DNA of 64,000 nt from an uncultured Thermoplasmata archaeon (GTDB lineage: Archaea; Thermoplasmatota; Thermoplasmata; UBA10834). The position numbers and the translations under genes were made by a program. The DNA is taken from assembly GCA_963719945.1 (NCBI GenBank), contig CAVRDX010000001.1, positions 288,001-352,000 of the forward strand. Reading direction: 5' to 3'. Position 1 is the stretch's first letter, and the number at the start of each line of letters is the position of its first letter. This document shows positions 40,034-48,804 of this stretch, piece after piece. The notes below the pieces were generated by a model. The model searched no databases and was not told the DNA's origin. It worked only from the letters and a program-made list of their open reading frames with translations.

Positions 40034-41116
40034 CTACCTCACTTCGATCTTGATGACGTCCTCGACCCAATACGCACCTTCATATTCAGCAGCTACCAGT
40101 GTATAGATGTCATCTTCCACGGTCAGTATTAGGCGGTCATCCGACATGACGCTCACAAATGAAAAAACCACTGTGTAGCCATCACTTCCCCAAATGACCA
40201 CATCTGAAGCATCATCCCCAGGAGACGATTCTTCTATTATGATATTGACGGGCACACCTGTATAGTTCGTGGGTGGTACATATGTCACTACGCCTTTGAG
40301 TTCGGCGTTGATAGTGATTTCCTGGTTCTCGAAGTCACCGTACCGGAAATAATACGGATTCTGCACATCGCCGGTTATTTCAACGGTATCTGAACCTGGA
40401 AGGACGAAGACGAACATGTAATAATACACTCCTCCGATGGCGAAAACTGCCAGGAACGCAACGACGACCGACATCGCTGCGATGGCCTTCTTCTTCTTTC
40501 CCTTCTGCTCCAGGTACGCCTTCTCATCGAACTCGGGTGAATCCACCATCATCGGTTTTCGTGCACGGACGATTCCCGATGTCTCTAATGTGTCCAGCAT
40601 CTGGAGCACGAGCCATCCGCCGAATATCATCCCTGATGCATATGCCAACATACACAGCATGGCAATTAGTATGATTGGGACTCCGGAGAAGAAGAATATC
40701 TGGAAGACCACGACATTGGCTGCCGCGGATAGTCCTCCTGCGAATGTGTACGCAAAGATGTTCCGATCGGATTTGGTGCTGTCTTTGAACATCACTATGT
40801 CGGGAATGATGCCTTGGATCACAGAGACCACGACTATTACGATCCCGTGAGTGCTCCCCATGAATAATTCGATTATACCCTTGACGAGTCCCGTGACGGT
40901 GCCTGCCCCCTTCTTTCTCGTAAGGGCTATTGCCAGCATGATCCAGATGACATGCAATCCTGAAAGGAACTGCCCCGCACCGAAAGGCACGCCAACGATA
41001 TGGTTCACCATGTTCCCCAGGTAGCCCACATATGTCGAAAGCACCCCCCCCAATGCGGACAGAAGAGCTATCGTCACAAGATCTTTCGTGCTGAAGTGAT
41101 ACTTAATGTCGGTCAC
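40034..41116 (-). CDS. ECF S component (YkoE-like) fused to extracellular molybdopterin-binding-like domain
   Basis: FSTKDLVTIALLSALGG...RKKGAG, about 6 TM, one extra TM, then YTGVPV...SDGY...GAYWVEDVIKIEV; GTG overlaps upstream TGA. Confidence 0.8.
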   Translation of the reverse strand: MTDIKYHFSTKDLVTIALLSALGGVLSTYVGYLGNMVNHIVGVPFGAGQFLSGLHVIWIMLAIALTRKKGAGTVTGLVKGIIELFMGSTHGIVIVVVSVIQGIIPDIVMFKDSTKSDRNIFAYTFAGGLSAAANVVVFQIFFFSGVPIILIAMLCMLAYASGMIFGGWLVLQMLDTLETSGIVRARKPMMVDSPEFDEKAYLEQKGKKKKAIAAMSVVVAFLAVFAIGGVYYYMFVFVLPGSDTVEITGDVQNPYYFRYGDFENQEITINAELKGVVTYVPPTNYTGVPVNIIIEESSPGDDASDVVIWGSDGYTVVFSFVSVMSDDRLILTVEDDIYTLVAAEYEGAYWVEDVIKIEVR

Positions 41117-42603
41117 GCCCCGTCCAATATCGTTATGCTGACTACATTGCTGACCCATCTAGCGCCAGCAGAGGCGTTGATATCGTATCCCTGTCCCTCG
41201 TACGATGTCAATTCGCAGTCGGAGTTACTGTAGAGGCCATCGTCCGGCAGCATCGCCAGCCTCGGTCCGTCCTGCCATTCGGGTGCACTGAGATCATCGT
41301 ACGCTATCGCGATCACCATGAAACCCTGCAATTCTAGCCATGTCTCGCTCGGGTAGACGTTCAGATACCCGAAATCTTGATAGTAGGTGTCAATGGATTC
41401 GATCCTGAGCAAATCCCCTTCCTCCATGCCGCCGACTTGCGCCAGCAGGTCGGAGATCAATATGCCCGTATAGTCTCCTTGACCGCCGATGTTCCCGTAT
41501 GCGTTCTCATATGACGAGTACTTGTGAATCTGGGTCATCTGTCCTAGATCCTCATAGGTAAGGTTGACGACCGTGCCGTCCTTTCCCGTTATCGATATGA
41601 AATCTCCCATCAGTCCAAAGTCGATATCGGTCTTTTCATATGAGATGGATGAAGACGAAACTTCGACAGACACATAGTGGTGGGTGCCGTTGTCAAGGGA
41701 TGCGCCTGCACCGCCCGTTATAATGAACGCTGTGTTCTCTATCTTCTGGTAGTGGAACGCGTGCACATGTCCGGTGAACACCGCGTCTACCTCATCTTCA
41801 AGGACGAACTCCTGGAATCTCTCACACGAATCCAGGTCGAGCGTGTGATTATCTGTGAATGGGTCGTAGCTCGGTGCGTGAGTCACCACGACCTTCCTCT
41901 CCGCATTCTTGAAAATCTCTCTCATCCATTGAATTTCCTCCTCCGATATGTTCAAATCGGACGAGTCCACAATCGCGAATGTTATCCCCGAGTATGCGAA
42001 CGAATAAGACATCGGAGCGAACCTTTTCTGATAATCGATGCCCTCATCGCTCTTGATGTCGTGGTTTCCAGGGGTCGTGTAGATTGGGATCGGGGATACA
42101 TCGAAAGCTGCTTCCAAAGCATCGAATTCCTTTGGCAATCCAGATGGCGTCATGTCTCCACAGTGTATCACGAATTCGTAATCCGCTATGTCGCTGAGGA
42201 TGGTTTCCAGCATCGAATTGAATCCTTGGCTGTCCCCGAGAACAACGAACTTGAACTCGGACTTCTCATCCGTAGTCAGTTCGTATCTATCCCTGCCTTT
42301 CTCTGCCATGAACGAGACGTTCGTTCCATCTCGTGATATTGTATCATCATAGTCTATGATCTGGGCATCTGGATGGCAGTTAGTGAGAATGACCTCTCCT
42401 GAAAAACCATGGAGTGACAGGGTCACTTCAGGGGAGAGGCATCTAAAAATGATCTTGTTGGAGTTTTCAGAAAGCAAGGTGCCTCCAGTGATCTCTGCTC
42501 CTTCATCTGCACGCAGGAACACAGTCATCGATGCCGATAGCAGACAAGCTATGGCTATCGAGCCGATCACCAGGGCAATCTTGCTTCTCTTTGAGTTTAT
42601 CAT
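41113..42603 (-). CDS. Secreted/anchored calcineurin-like metallophosphoesterase with C-terminal molybdopterin-binding-like domain
   Basis: Signal helix; GDSQ, GDMT, GNHD, THAP, GHVH; YTGILISDLL...DTY...GPRLAML...ARWVSNVVSITI. Confidence 0.85.
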   Translation of the reverse strand: MINSKRSKIALVIGSIAIACLLSASMTVFLRADEGAEITGGTLLSENSNKIIFRCLSPEVTLSLHGFSGEVILTNCHPDAQIIDYDDTISRDGTNVSFMAEKGRDRYELTTDEKSEFKFVVLGDSQGFNSMLETILSDIADYEFVIHCGDMTPSGLPKEFDALEAAFDVSPIPIYTTPGNHDIKSDEGIDYQKRFAPMSYSFAYSGITFAIVDSSDLNISEEEIQWMREIFKNAERKVVVTHAPSYDPFTDNHTLDLDSCERFQEFVLEDEVDAVFTGHVHAFHYQKIENTAFIITGGAGASLDNGTHHYVSVEVSSSSISYEKTDIDFGLMGDFISITGKDGTVVNLTYEDLGQMTQIHKYSSYENAYGNIGGQGDYTGILISDLLAQVGGMEEGDLLRIESIDTYYQDFGYLNVYPSETWLELQGFMVIAIAYDDLSAPEWQDGPRLAMLPDDGLYSNSDCELTSYEGQGYDINASAGARWVSNVVSITILDGA

Positions 42604-42611
42604 GCTTCGAC

Positions 42612-44187
42612 TCAGATTGGCAGGTTCTCGAGGTCTATGTCCACCACGTTGCTGATTTTCATCGAGCCCGGCAGGAACTCGTTCACGAGCCTCAGAGGCG
42701 CCATGTCTGTGAGCATCTCCCAGTCAAGCATGAACGCGAGAACGAGAGTATCGTTGAACGCCGCCGTTGCCGAATCGATCGTCACATCGTACCATCGGAT
42801 GCCGTGAGCACTATGTCGTAGCCTTCGTCGGCCAATGTGCTGTTCAGCTCGTAGTGGCTCTCGTCCGTTCCATCCATCACTGCAACCAGGAGCCACAGTG
42901 GCAGACCTGCGTAGGTGTGCGCTACTTCCTCACTATCGGTGTAATTGTAGTACACTGCGTGCACTCCACCGTAGTTGGTGTATGTGAAGTTCTTCGCGTG
43001 GAGTCCCGAGTAGTATGTTGCGACATATGTCTCTGCAGTTATCACCGCGCTGGTCAATCCCGTCAGGTTCAGAGTCCAGGTCGGGACATCATGCATGTCG
43101 ACGATCGAGATATTCTCGATGGACTTGATCCTCTGACCTGATGTCAGACCATCACCGACGAGCTTGAGCGGGAATTCGTCATCTGAAAGCAGCTCTCCGT
43201 CGAGCCTATTCGCGACGATCAGGTGTCGTTCCTTGCTACTTGCAGCGAGGTGAATGGACTTGTCGGCTCAATAGCCATCCGATGCCATCACCGTCACATT
43301 GTAGCCCGCCTGTGCAAGCAAATCGTTGAATAGGTAGTCGGTGGCAGGTCCATCGGCACCATCGACTGCGGAGACGAGGGTCCAGAGTGCGACACCTGTG
43401 TACTCATGGGTTCCAGTCTCGTTCTCGAAGGTCCATGATGCAGCATGGTATTCGCAGGAGGCAAGGGATTCGAAAGTCTGCCTGTCGATCTGAAGGTCTG
43501 TCACGCCACTCAGGTTGAGTGTCCAATCCTTCATGAATGGAAGGATGGTGATCTCTTCGACGTATTTCGCCCAGAATTGTCCATCGGTTATGGGGGCTGA
43601 CTCGTCAACAATGGCTATGCGCAGGTCCATATCTTCCAGGGGTAATCCGTCCTGCGCATAGGCCACGATCATCGTGAAATCACCTTCTCCGAGGAGCGAT
43701 CCATCCTCAGGATCGTAGTGTGCGAAAGTGCCGTCCTCGACCTGGCTTGAACTATATGCCATCGTGTAGCCGTCGGTGGAGACAACCTCAAGGCTATAGT
43801 CCGTGCCTGAGTACAACAGATCGACGAAATCTGCAAGGGGTATTCCCGTGAATTCAAAGGGTCCTTCTATGGTCCCAGTGGTCTTCTTGAAGCTACCCGA
43901 AGCTGTGGTTGCGGTCATGTCCTTCAGCTCCTCCATCGTAAGGTTGATTGAGGCCTGGTCCTTTGTGACGGTGAGCACCGTGGTGCCTTCGGGCGTCTCA
44001 TCGTCGTCCGTATTCTGAGTGAGCATGTACCCCAATGGTACTGCGACCAAAAGCACGATGATCACTGCAAGAGCGATCAGCTTGGTGGTCGAACCCATGC
44101 CGGCCTTCTTTGGGGCTGCGATGCTTTCCTTGCCTTCTCATTGATTTCATTGGTGCCCGTTTCCGGGGCTTTCGAAGAATCTGACAT
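42612..44187 (-). pseudogene. Membrane-anchored protein with three tandem molybdopterin-binding-like (SUOX/MsrP fold) domains; frameshifted here (sequencing error or decay)
   Basis: Reconstructed by hand: ATG 44187 with GGAGG, shift before 44098, TGA 43268 with shifted FTSLQVARNDT segment, shift near 42790; each repeat has F/Y(T/A)G.., DGY, (P)L(R/K)(L/I) and terminal K..I. Confidence 0.8.
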
Positions 44188-44201
44188 TACGTAGCTCCTC
44201 C

Positions 44202-44225
44202 CGATATGTCTATATGAGCATACCG
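44202..44225. promoter_or_regulatory. ModE-box-like palindromic operator of the ECF operon
   Basis: CGATATGT-CTATATGA-GCATACCG (dyad CGRTATG-N10-CATAYCG) between the minus-strand TATA-like TTTTTATT (44241-44248) and the SD of ATG 44187. Confidence 0.55.
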
Positions 44226-44316
44226 CCGATAACGAGGAGCAATAAAAAGCTATCGCTTTTTCGAGCCCATTTCAGGACCTTGGATATCACAGATTGCCAG
44301 GTGACTCACAGATCAT

Positions 44317-45105
44317 TCATCGTAGGGTCCCAGCGAACACCTGCCATGCCAATGCGGATTTCGCAACGAGGCTGAGGATGATGTAGACCCTCTCGCCGTG
44401 GAGATAGTCCTTCCATTTTCCTTTGGCTCTGTATTGCAGGACCATGTTCACCGCGAACACGTTGAAGAAGATCGCAAGGGATATGAATATGAAATACACG
44501 AAGGTCGGCACCGAATTCCCGGAACCCAGGAGCGCTCCGAAGAAATATATTCCCAATACTATCCATACAAGCAGCCCTGCAAAGCAGCCAAAGAAGTACG
44601 ATGTCCAATTCGTCCGCTTCGTCGTCTGGTTGTGCAGTTCCATCATCAGACCGAACAGGTTCATTGTCGCGTTGAGTGAGAATATGAGTATCAAACTGGA
44701 GAGTTCGAATATGCCACATAGCATCGCAATGACTATTACCATGACCGAGGAGCTTGCAGCATACTCATACCATCTGGCATAGTTGATCCCTTCCTTCAGG
44801 TTCCTGACGTACCATGGATATCCCTTGGGCGAGGACACAGCGAAATGAGCGATCGCAGAGATGAACAGGAACGATGCGACCATGGGTCCAAGTTGAAGGT
44901 TGATTAGAGTGTCTGTCTGGGAGTTTATGGTCTCCGTGACTGGATCATAATGCAGGAGAGTGAGATTGATGGGTAACGATGAACTCTTGCTCAACCAGAG
45001 CATCAATGTCCCTTGGATTAGGTGCAGAAAGCCCATTGCGATGTTGAATTTCCTCAGGCCCACGAATCTAGATTCCTTAACGGATTCCTCCAGATTTCCA
45101 CCCAC
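44317..45105 (-). CDS. Heliorhodopsin
   Basis: LRKFNIAMGFLHLIQG, SAIAH, RWYEYAASSSVM, LNATMNLFG, ERVYIILSLVAKSALAWQVF with the Schiff-base Lys. Confidence 0.95.
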   Translation of the reverse strand: MGGNLEESVKESRFVGLRKFNIAMGFLHLIQGTLMLWLSKSSSLPINLTLLHYDPVTETINSQTDTLINLQLGPMVASFLFISAIAHFAVSSPKGYPWYVRNLKEGINYARWYEYAASSSVMVIVIAMLCGIFELSSLILIFSLNATMNLFGLMMELHNQTTKRTNWTSYFFGCFAGLLVWIVLGIYFFGALLGSGNSVPTFVYFIFISLAIFFNVFAVNMVLQYRAKGKWKDYLHGERVYIILSLVAKSALAWQVFAGTLR

Positions 45106-45244
45106 CCTTGATTGATGACTCGAATATAATTCGTTTTCCCACTTTTCATATGGTGCTGGATATGCACCAGCAATCGACGCTCTGAGCTTTCCATTCGGTT
45201 CGGAAATTACTTGATTCTTCTATGCGATGTGTCGGTAGGTTTCC

Positions 45245-46002
45245 GTGTCACCAAACAAGGCGATTGTGAGAGCGCCCGGGTCGAGGTATTCGGACTGTCT
45301 GTCGTCGCATCCATTGAAGCGAACCATCGACCTGGTCAATGCACGCAATCAGCATGCTCGCTACCGTGCAACTCTCTCGGAATTGGGCATGGAAGTAATC
45401 TGTCTCGAAATGGATGACGAACATCCCGATTCTTGCTTTGTCGAAGATGTGGCAATTGTCCACAATGGCAAGGCATTGATGTGCAGGACCGCAAAAGAGA
45501 GCCGACAGGGAGAGGAAGGTCCAGTGCGGGAGACACTATCTCATCACGTGTCGATCGGATTCGCAGCAGCTCCTGCGACAATCGAGGGTGGCGACGTCGT
45601 CCATCTTGAAGACTGACTGATTTGCGGTGTCACACAGAGAACGAATGATGATGGAGCGAGACAGATGGGTGAATGGCTCGAGACCAAGGTTGATTTGGTT
45701 CGAGATCCGAAGATCATGCATCTCAAGAGTTTCGTCAGCTCCTTGGGAACGAACCAGCTTGTTGGTCGCGGAAAAATACTCTGAGCACGATGTTTTCGAC
45801 GGACTTGACTGTCCTGGTGGTACCAAACGAGGAATGGTATGGCTCAAACTTGATTGCCATCGATGATTCAGTAATCATGTCGAAAGGGTACCCACGCACC
45901 GAAGCCATTCTGAAATCAAATGGGTTCAGGGTCACAGCGTTGGATATGAGTGAATTCCCTAAATGCGACGGGGCTCTCACATGCCTATCGATCCTCTTCT
46001 AG
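45245..46002 (+). pseudogene. Dimethylarginine dimethylaminohydrolase / amidinotransferase family, disrupted
   Basis: HPDSCFVED, EGGDV, RTN, HLKS, DGALTCLS; in-frame TGA at 45614-45616 and two frameshifts near 45750 and 45808. Confidence 0.85.
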
Positions 46003-46004
46003 GG

Positions 46005-46613
46005 TCAGGATTTCTTTGATTTGCCAGGTTTTTTCACATTGGCTCGAAGGACATCTCTGAGCTTCTTGCTCTGCTGCTGGTACTTCTCGAATTCTTCATC
46101 GGACATCAACAAGAGTTTGGTGTAGTCGACTAGAGTCTGTTTCTCGAAGAAGCCGACATCCTCCAACCCTCCTATCTGATCAATGATCTCTGGGACCGTG
46201 CCCAGTTCTTCCTTGGCCTCCTCGATCTCTATCATCTTTGCCAGGATATTTGCTCCTTGATCGACGTCGTATCCAAGGCTCTTTAGACCATCGATTATGA
46301 GCTTCGCCTTCTCCTCGAGGTCTTCCTTGCAGCATGAGCTCGTGCCATGCATGCACTGGAACAATTCGGCGGACGCCCTGTAATAAGTCTCAATGAAGTG
46401 CTCGATCCTTTCTTCGCGTGCGACTTCGACCATCTCTGATTCTTTTAATTTCCTTATATGATGGTAGATTGCCTGTGGGGTCAGATTGAGTTCGGATGCC
46501 AATTGGCTGACAGTGTATTCCTTTCCTCTCAGGAGGTAAATCATCCTCCGTCGAGTTTCGTCTCCAAGGAGCTGGAATGCGGCTGGATCTTTAATCACTT
46601 TCATCGATTTCAT
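46005..46613 (-). CDS. ArsR-type winged helix transcription regulator
   Basis: LGDETRRRMIYLL, TVSQLASELNLTPQAIYHHIRKL, IETYY. Confidence 0.9.
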   Translation of the reverse strand: MKSMKVIKDPAAFQLLGDETRRRMIYLLRGKEYTVSQLASELNLTPQAIYHHIRKLKESEMVEVAREERIEHFIETYYRASAELFQCMHGTSSCCKEDLEEKAKLIIDGLKSLGYDVDQGANILAKMIEIEEAKEELGTVPEIIDQIGGLEDVGFFEKQTLVDYTKLLLMSDEEFEKYQQQSKKLRDVLRANVKKPGKSKKS

Positions 46614-46899
46614 GGATGTCCAGACAACATATGGTTTAACAGTGATATAAGGATTTTTATCATTAAAACGAAGGTTTTATTAACTTATACGACTATTGTA
46701 CTCGTGGGCGATGAGGACGTGAAGCACGGGAGAAACTACGCAGGAAGCAAATCTCATATCATGTGTCCGCTGGCGGCTCATTCACGCGTTGTGTCGGTCT
46801 TCGTGAGATCCCCTCGTCTGTGCGAGCGTCCCGTCCGCCTATCAATGGAACCTGTCACAAGAGATTCGGCAGGGATGATGAAATGAGGTGATTAGGTTG

Positions 46900-47157
46900 A
46901 TGGCAGAATCTAACCTGATGACTAGAGGCAGACACATACAGAACACTCACACGGACGTATCTCGATATGTCCGTAATGAATACAATGATCGTGATTGCAG
47001 ATGGCTAGTCAGCCAGATAGCCTCTTCCAGATGCGGGGCCGTGAAGCTGACGCCTGAGAGTAGACTGAAGGAGGAACGAACTGTCTCAAGCACGATCATG
47101 ACGAAATTGTCATTCGTGATGAGAGGTCTCACGAGCTCTGCAGATCCGGATAAGTAG
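46900..47157 (+). CDS. Hypothetical small protein
   Basis: SD gaggtg upstream of ATG 46900; fills the gap. Confidence 0.5.
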   Translation: MAESNLMTRGRHIQNTHTDVSRYVRNEYNDRDCRWLVSQIASSRCGAVKLTPESRLKEERTVSSTIMTKLSFVMRGLTSSADPDK

Positions 47158-47165
47158 TATATCCC

Positions 47166-47957
47166 TCAATCGTCCTTCCCATTGGTCCATTGTCCGAGAG
47201 ATTCCTCTTCCATGAAATGAAGCCTCCCAGGAACAACGATTGAATGCAGGGGTCCTCCGAAATCCATTGCCATGAGCTTCGTCAGAGGACCCGCAGCAAC
47301 TACGCTATCCGGGGATCCCGCTCTAGCAACGACACATACGAGGGAATCATCCTTCGCTGCGCCTTTCCCCATCCTTCTCTCCATCTCCTGCAACAGATGC
47401 AATCCTTCATTCGCCGACATGTATCGAGAATTCTCCGCATCGATATCAAGAAGAACCAGCGTATGCAACCCTCTCTCCAGGTTCTCCACAATCATGTCGT
47501 ACGGGCTTGTGGGGGAGTATCCCTCCTGCGGGAATGGCAGAGTCGTCGTCCGCCCGAACTTATAGTGCTGCAGACCCAGTAATCCTGGTACCGCTGTCAA
47601 GGCAGAGCTGCCGTGGATTACTTCTGTATCGATGGATGCCTTATGAGCACGCAAACGTAGGTCTATGTGAGTCGTCGCGGTCATAGGGTCTCCGGCGACA
47701 AGGAGTGCGACCTTCTTCTCATCCGCCTCTTTGAGTATCCTCTTGCCATCTTCGACTTCCTCTCTTCCAAGCGCTATGATTTCCTTGTTCGTCATCGCTG
47801 AGAGTCTTTCAAGGGCGCCTTCCGAGAGTTTCGAAGTATAGAATTCTGCGAAGACCACATCTGCAGATCTTATGCGATCGAGACCGGCGAGCGTTATGCC
47901 TGTCTCATCATGAAGTCCAAGTCCGATGAATGAGAGTCTGCCGCTTCGTCTCACCAT
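47166..47957 (-). CDS. dph5: Diphthine synthase
   Basis: FIGLGL, EFYTS, GDPMTATTH, GLQHYKFG, GLHTLVLLDI, LHFMEEE. Confidence 0.96.
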   Translation of the reverse strand: MVRRSGRLSFIGLGLHDETGITLAGLDRIRSADVVFAEFYTSKLSEGALERLSAMTNKEIIALGREEVEDGKRILKEADEKKVALLVAGDPMTATTHIDLRLRAHKASIDTEVIHGSSALTAVPGLLGLQHYKFGRTTTLPFPQEGYSPTSPYDMIVENLERGLHTLVLLDIDAENSRYMSANEGLHLLQEMERRMGKGAAKDDSLVCVVARAGSPDSVVAAGPLTKLMAMDFGGPLHSIVVPGRLHFMEEESLGQWTNGKDD

Positions 47958-48086
47958 GGACGTATGAACACTGACCCCATAGATTACATTTATCCATCCA
48001 GGCATTACTTGATTTGCATCCGATTCCCTTTCGATGCATCAATTCTTTAAACCTTCTCGATTACCCTCTTAACCTCGTATTCCAAT

Positions 48087-48143
48087 CTCCCCTCGGGACG
48101 GAGCGATGCTTTGGTGGAGTGGCGGTCCTGTCCCGAGTGGGGG
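48087..48143 (+). promoter_or_regulatory. Stem-loop in the 5' leader of the corrinoid/MtmB operon occluding the SD
   Basis: ctcgggacgg (48092-48101) pairs with ctgtcccgag (48128-48137); ctccc (48087-48091) pairs with SD-like ggggg (48139-48143); TATA-like ctttaaac at about 48044-48051. Confidence 0.5.
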
Positions 48144-48151
48144 TAGCTATT

Positions 48152-48799
48152 GTGAGTGCTGAGAAGATTCTGGAGCAGCTGCGCGGAGCCGTGCTGAAGT
48201 ACGATTCCGACGCAGCAGTGTCTGCTGCAAAGGCCGTCATCCACGCGAAGATGGATCCTCTGCAGGCGATTGAGAAAGGACTGGTTCCTGCAATACATGA
48301 TGTGGGTGAAAAGTTCGAGAAGATGGAGATATACCTCCCTGAGCTAATGCTCGCAGGGGACGCCATGAAGTCTGCTCTCGCCCTGCTTCTGCCGCTCGTA
48401 CCGAAGGGCGAGAAGACCTCCAAGGCAACCGTTGTTATCGGCACGGTCCAGGGGGATGTCCATGAGATTGGCAAGAACATCGTTTCTAGCATGCTTATGG
48501 CGGGTGGCTTCGAAGTCATCGACCTTGGCGTGAACGTCAAGACTTCTAGCTTCGTCGACGAGGCCAAGGCAAGAGGCGCCAAGATCATCGGCGCATCAGC
48601 CCTAATGTCCAGCACGATCGGATCGCAGAAGGATATCGTCGATTATCTGAGTGCGTCAGGGGACCGCAGAAAATTCACCGTTCTGATTGGAGGAGGCCCG
48701 ACCACTCAGGAATGGTCTGATGAGATAGGGGCCGATGGTTGGGGCAAGAATGCTGTGCATGCGGTCAAGCTTGCGACCAAAGCGGCCAAAGGGAGGTGA
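48152..48799 (+). CDS. Methyltransferase cognate corrinoid protein (MtmC/MtbC-like)
   Basis: Cap domain VGEKFEKMEIYLPELM, GTVQGDVHEIGKN (DxHxxG), SALMS, IGGGP, EIGADG. Confidence 0.95.
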   Translation: MSAEKILEQLRGAVLKYDSDAAVSAAKAVIHAKMDPLQAIEKGLVPAIHDVGEKFEKMEIYLPELMLAGDAMKSALALLLPLVPKGEKTSKATVVIGTVQGDVHEIGKNIVSSMLMAGGFEVIDLGVNVKTSSFVDEAKARGAKIIGASALMSSTIGSQKDIVDYLSASGDRRKFTVLIGGGPTTQEWSDEIGADGWGKNAVHAVKLATKAAKGR

Positions 48800-48804
48800 T
48801 TCGA

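Noticed and set aside
43268-43270. In-frame TGA between ORFs 43268-44098 and 42782-43096 as selenocysteine or readthrough
   Set aside because: The family-like residues after it (FTSLQVARNDT) are in a shifted frame, so frame continuity comes from compensating indels
45614-45616. In-frame TGA in the DDAH-like gene as recoding
   Set aside because: Not the catalytic Cys position (probably CGA to TGA), two further frameshifts follow, and TGA is a normal stop throughout the window
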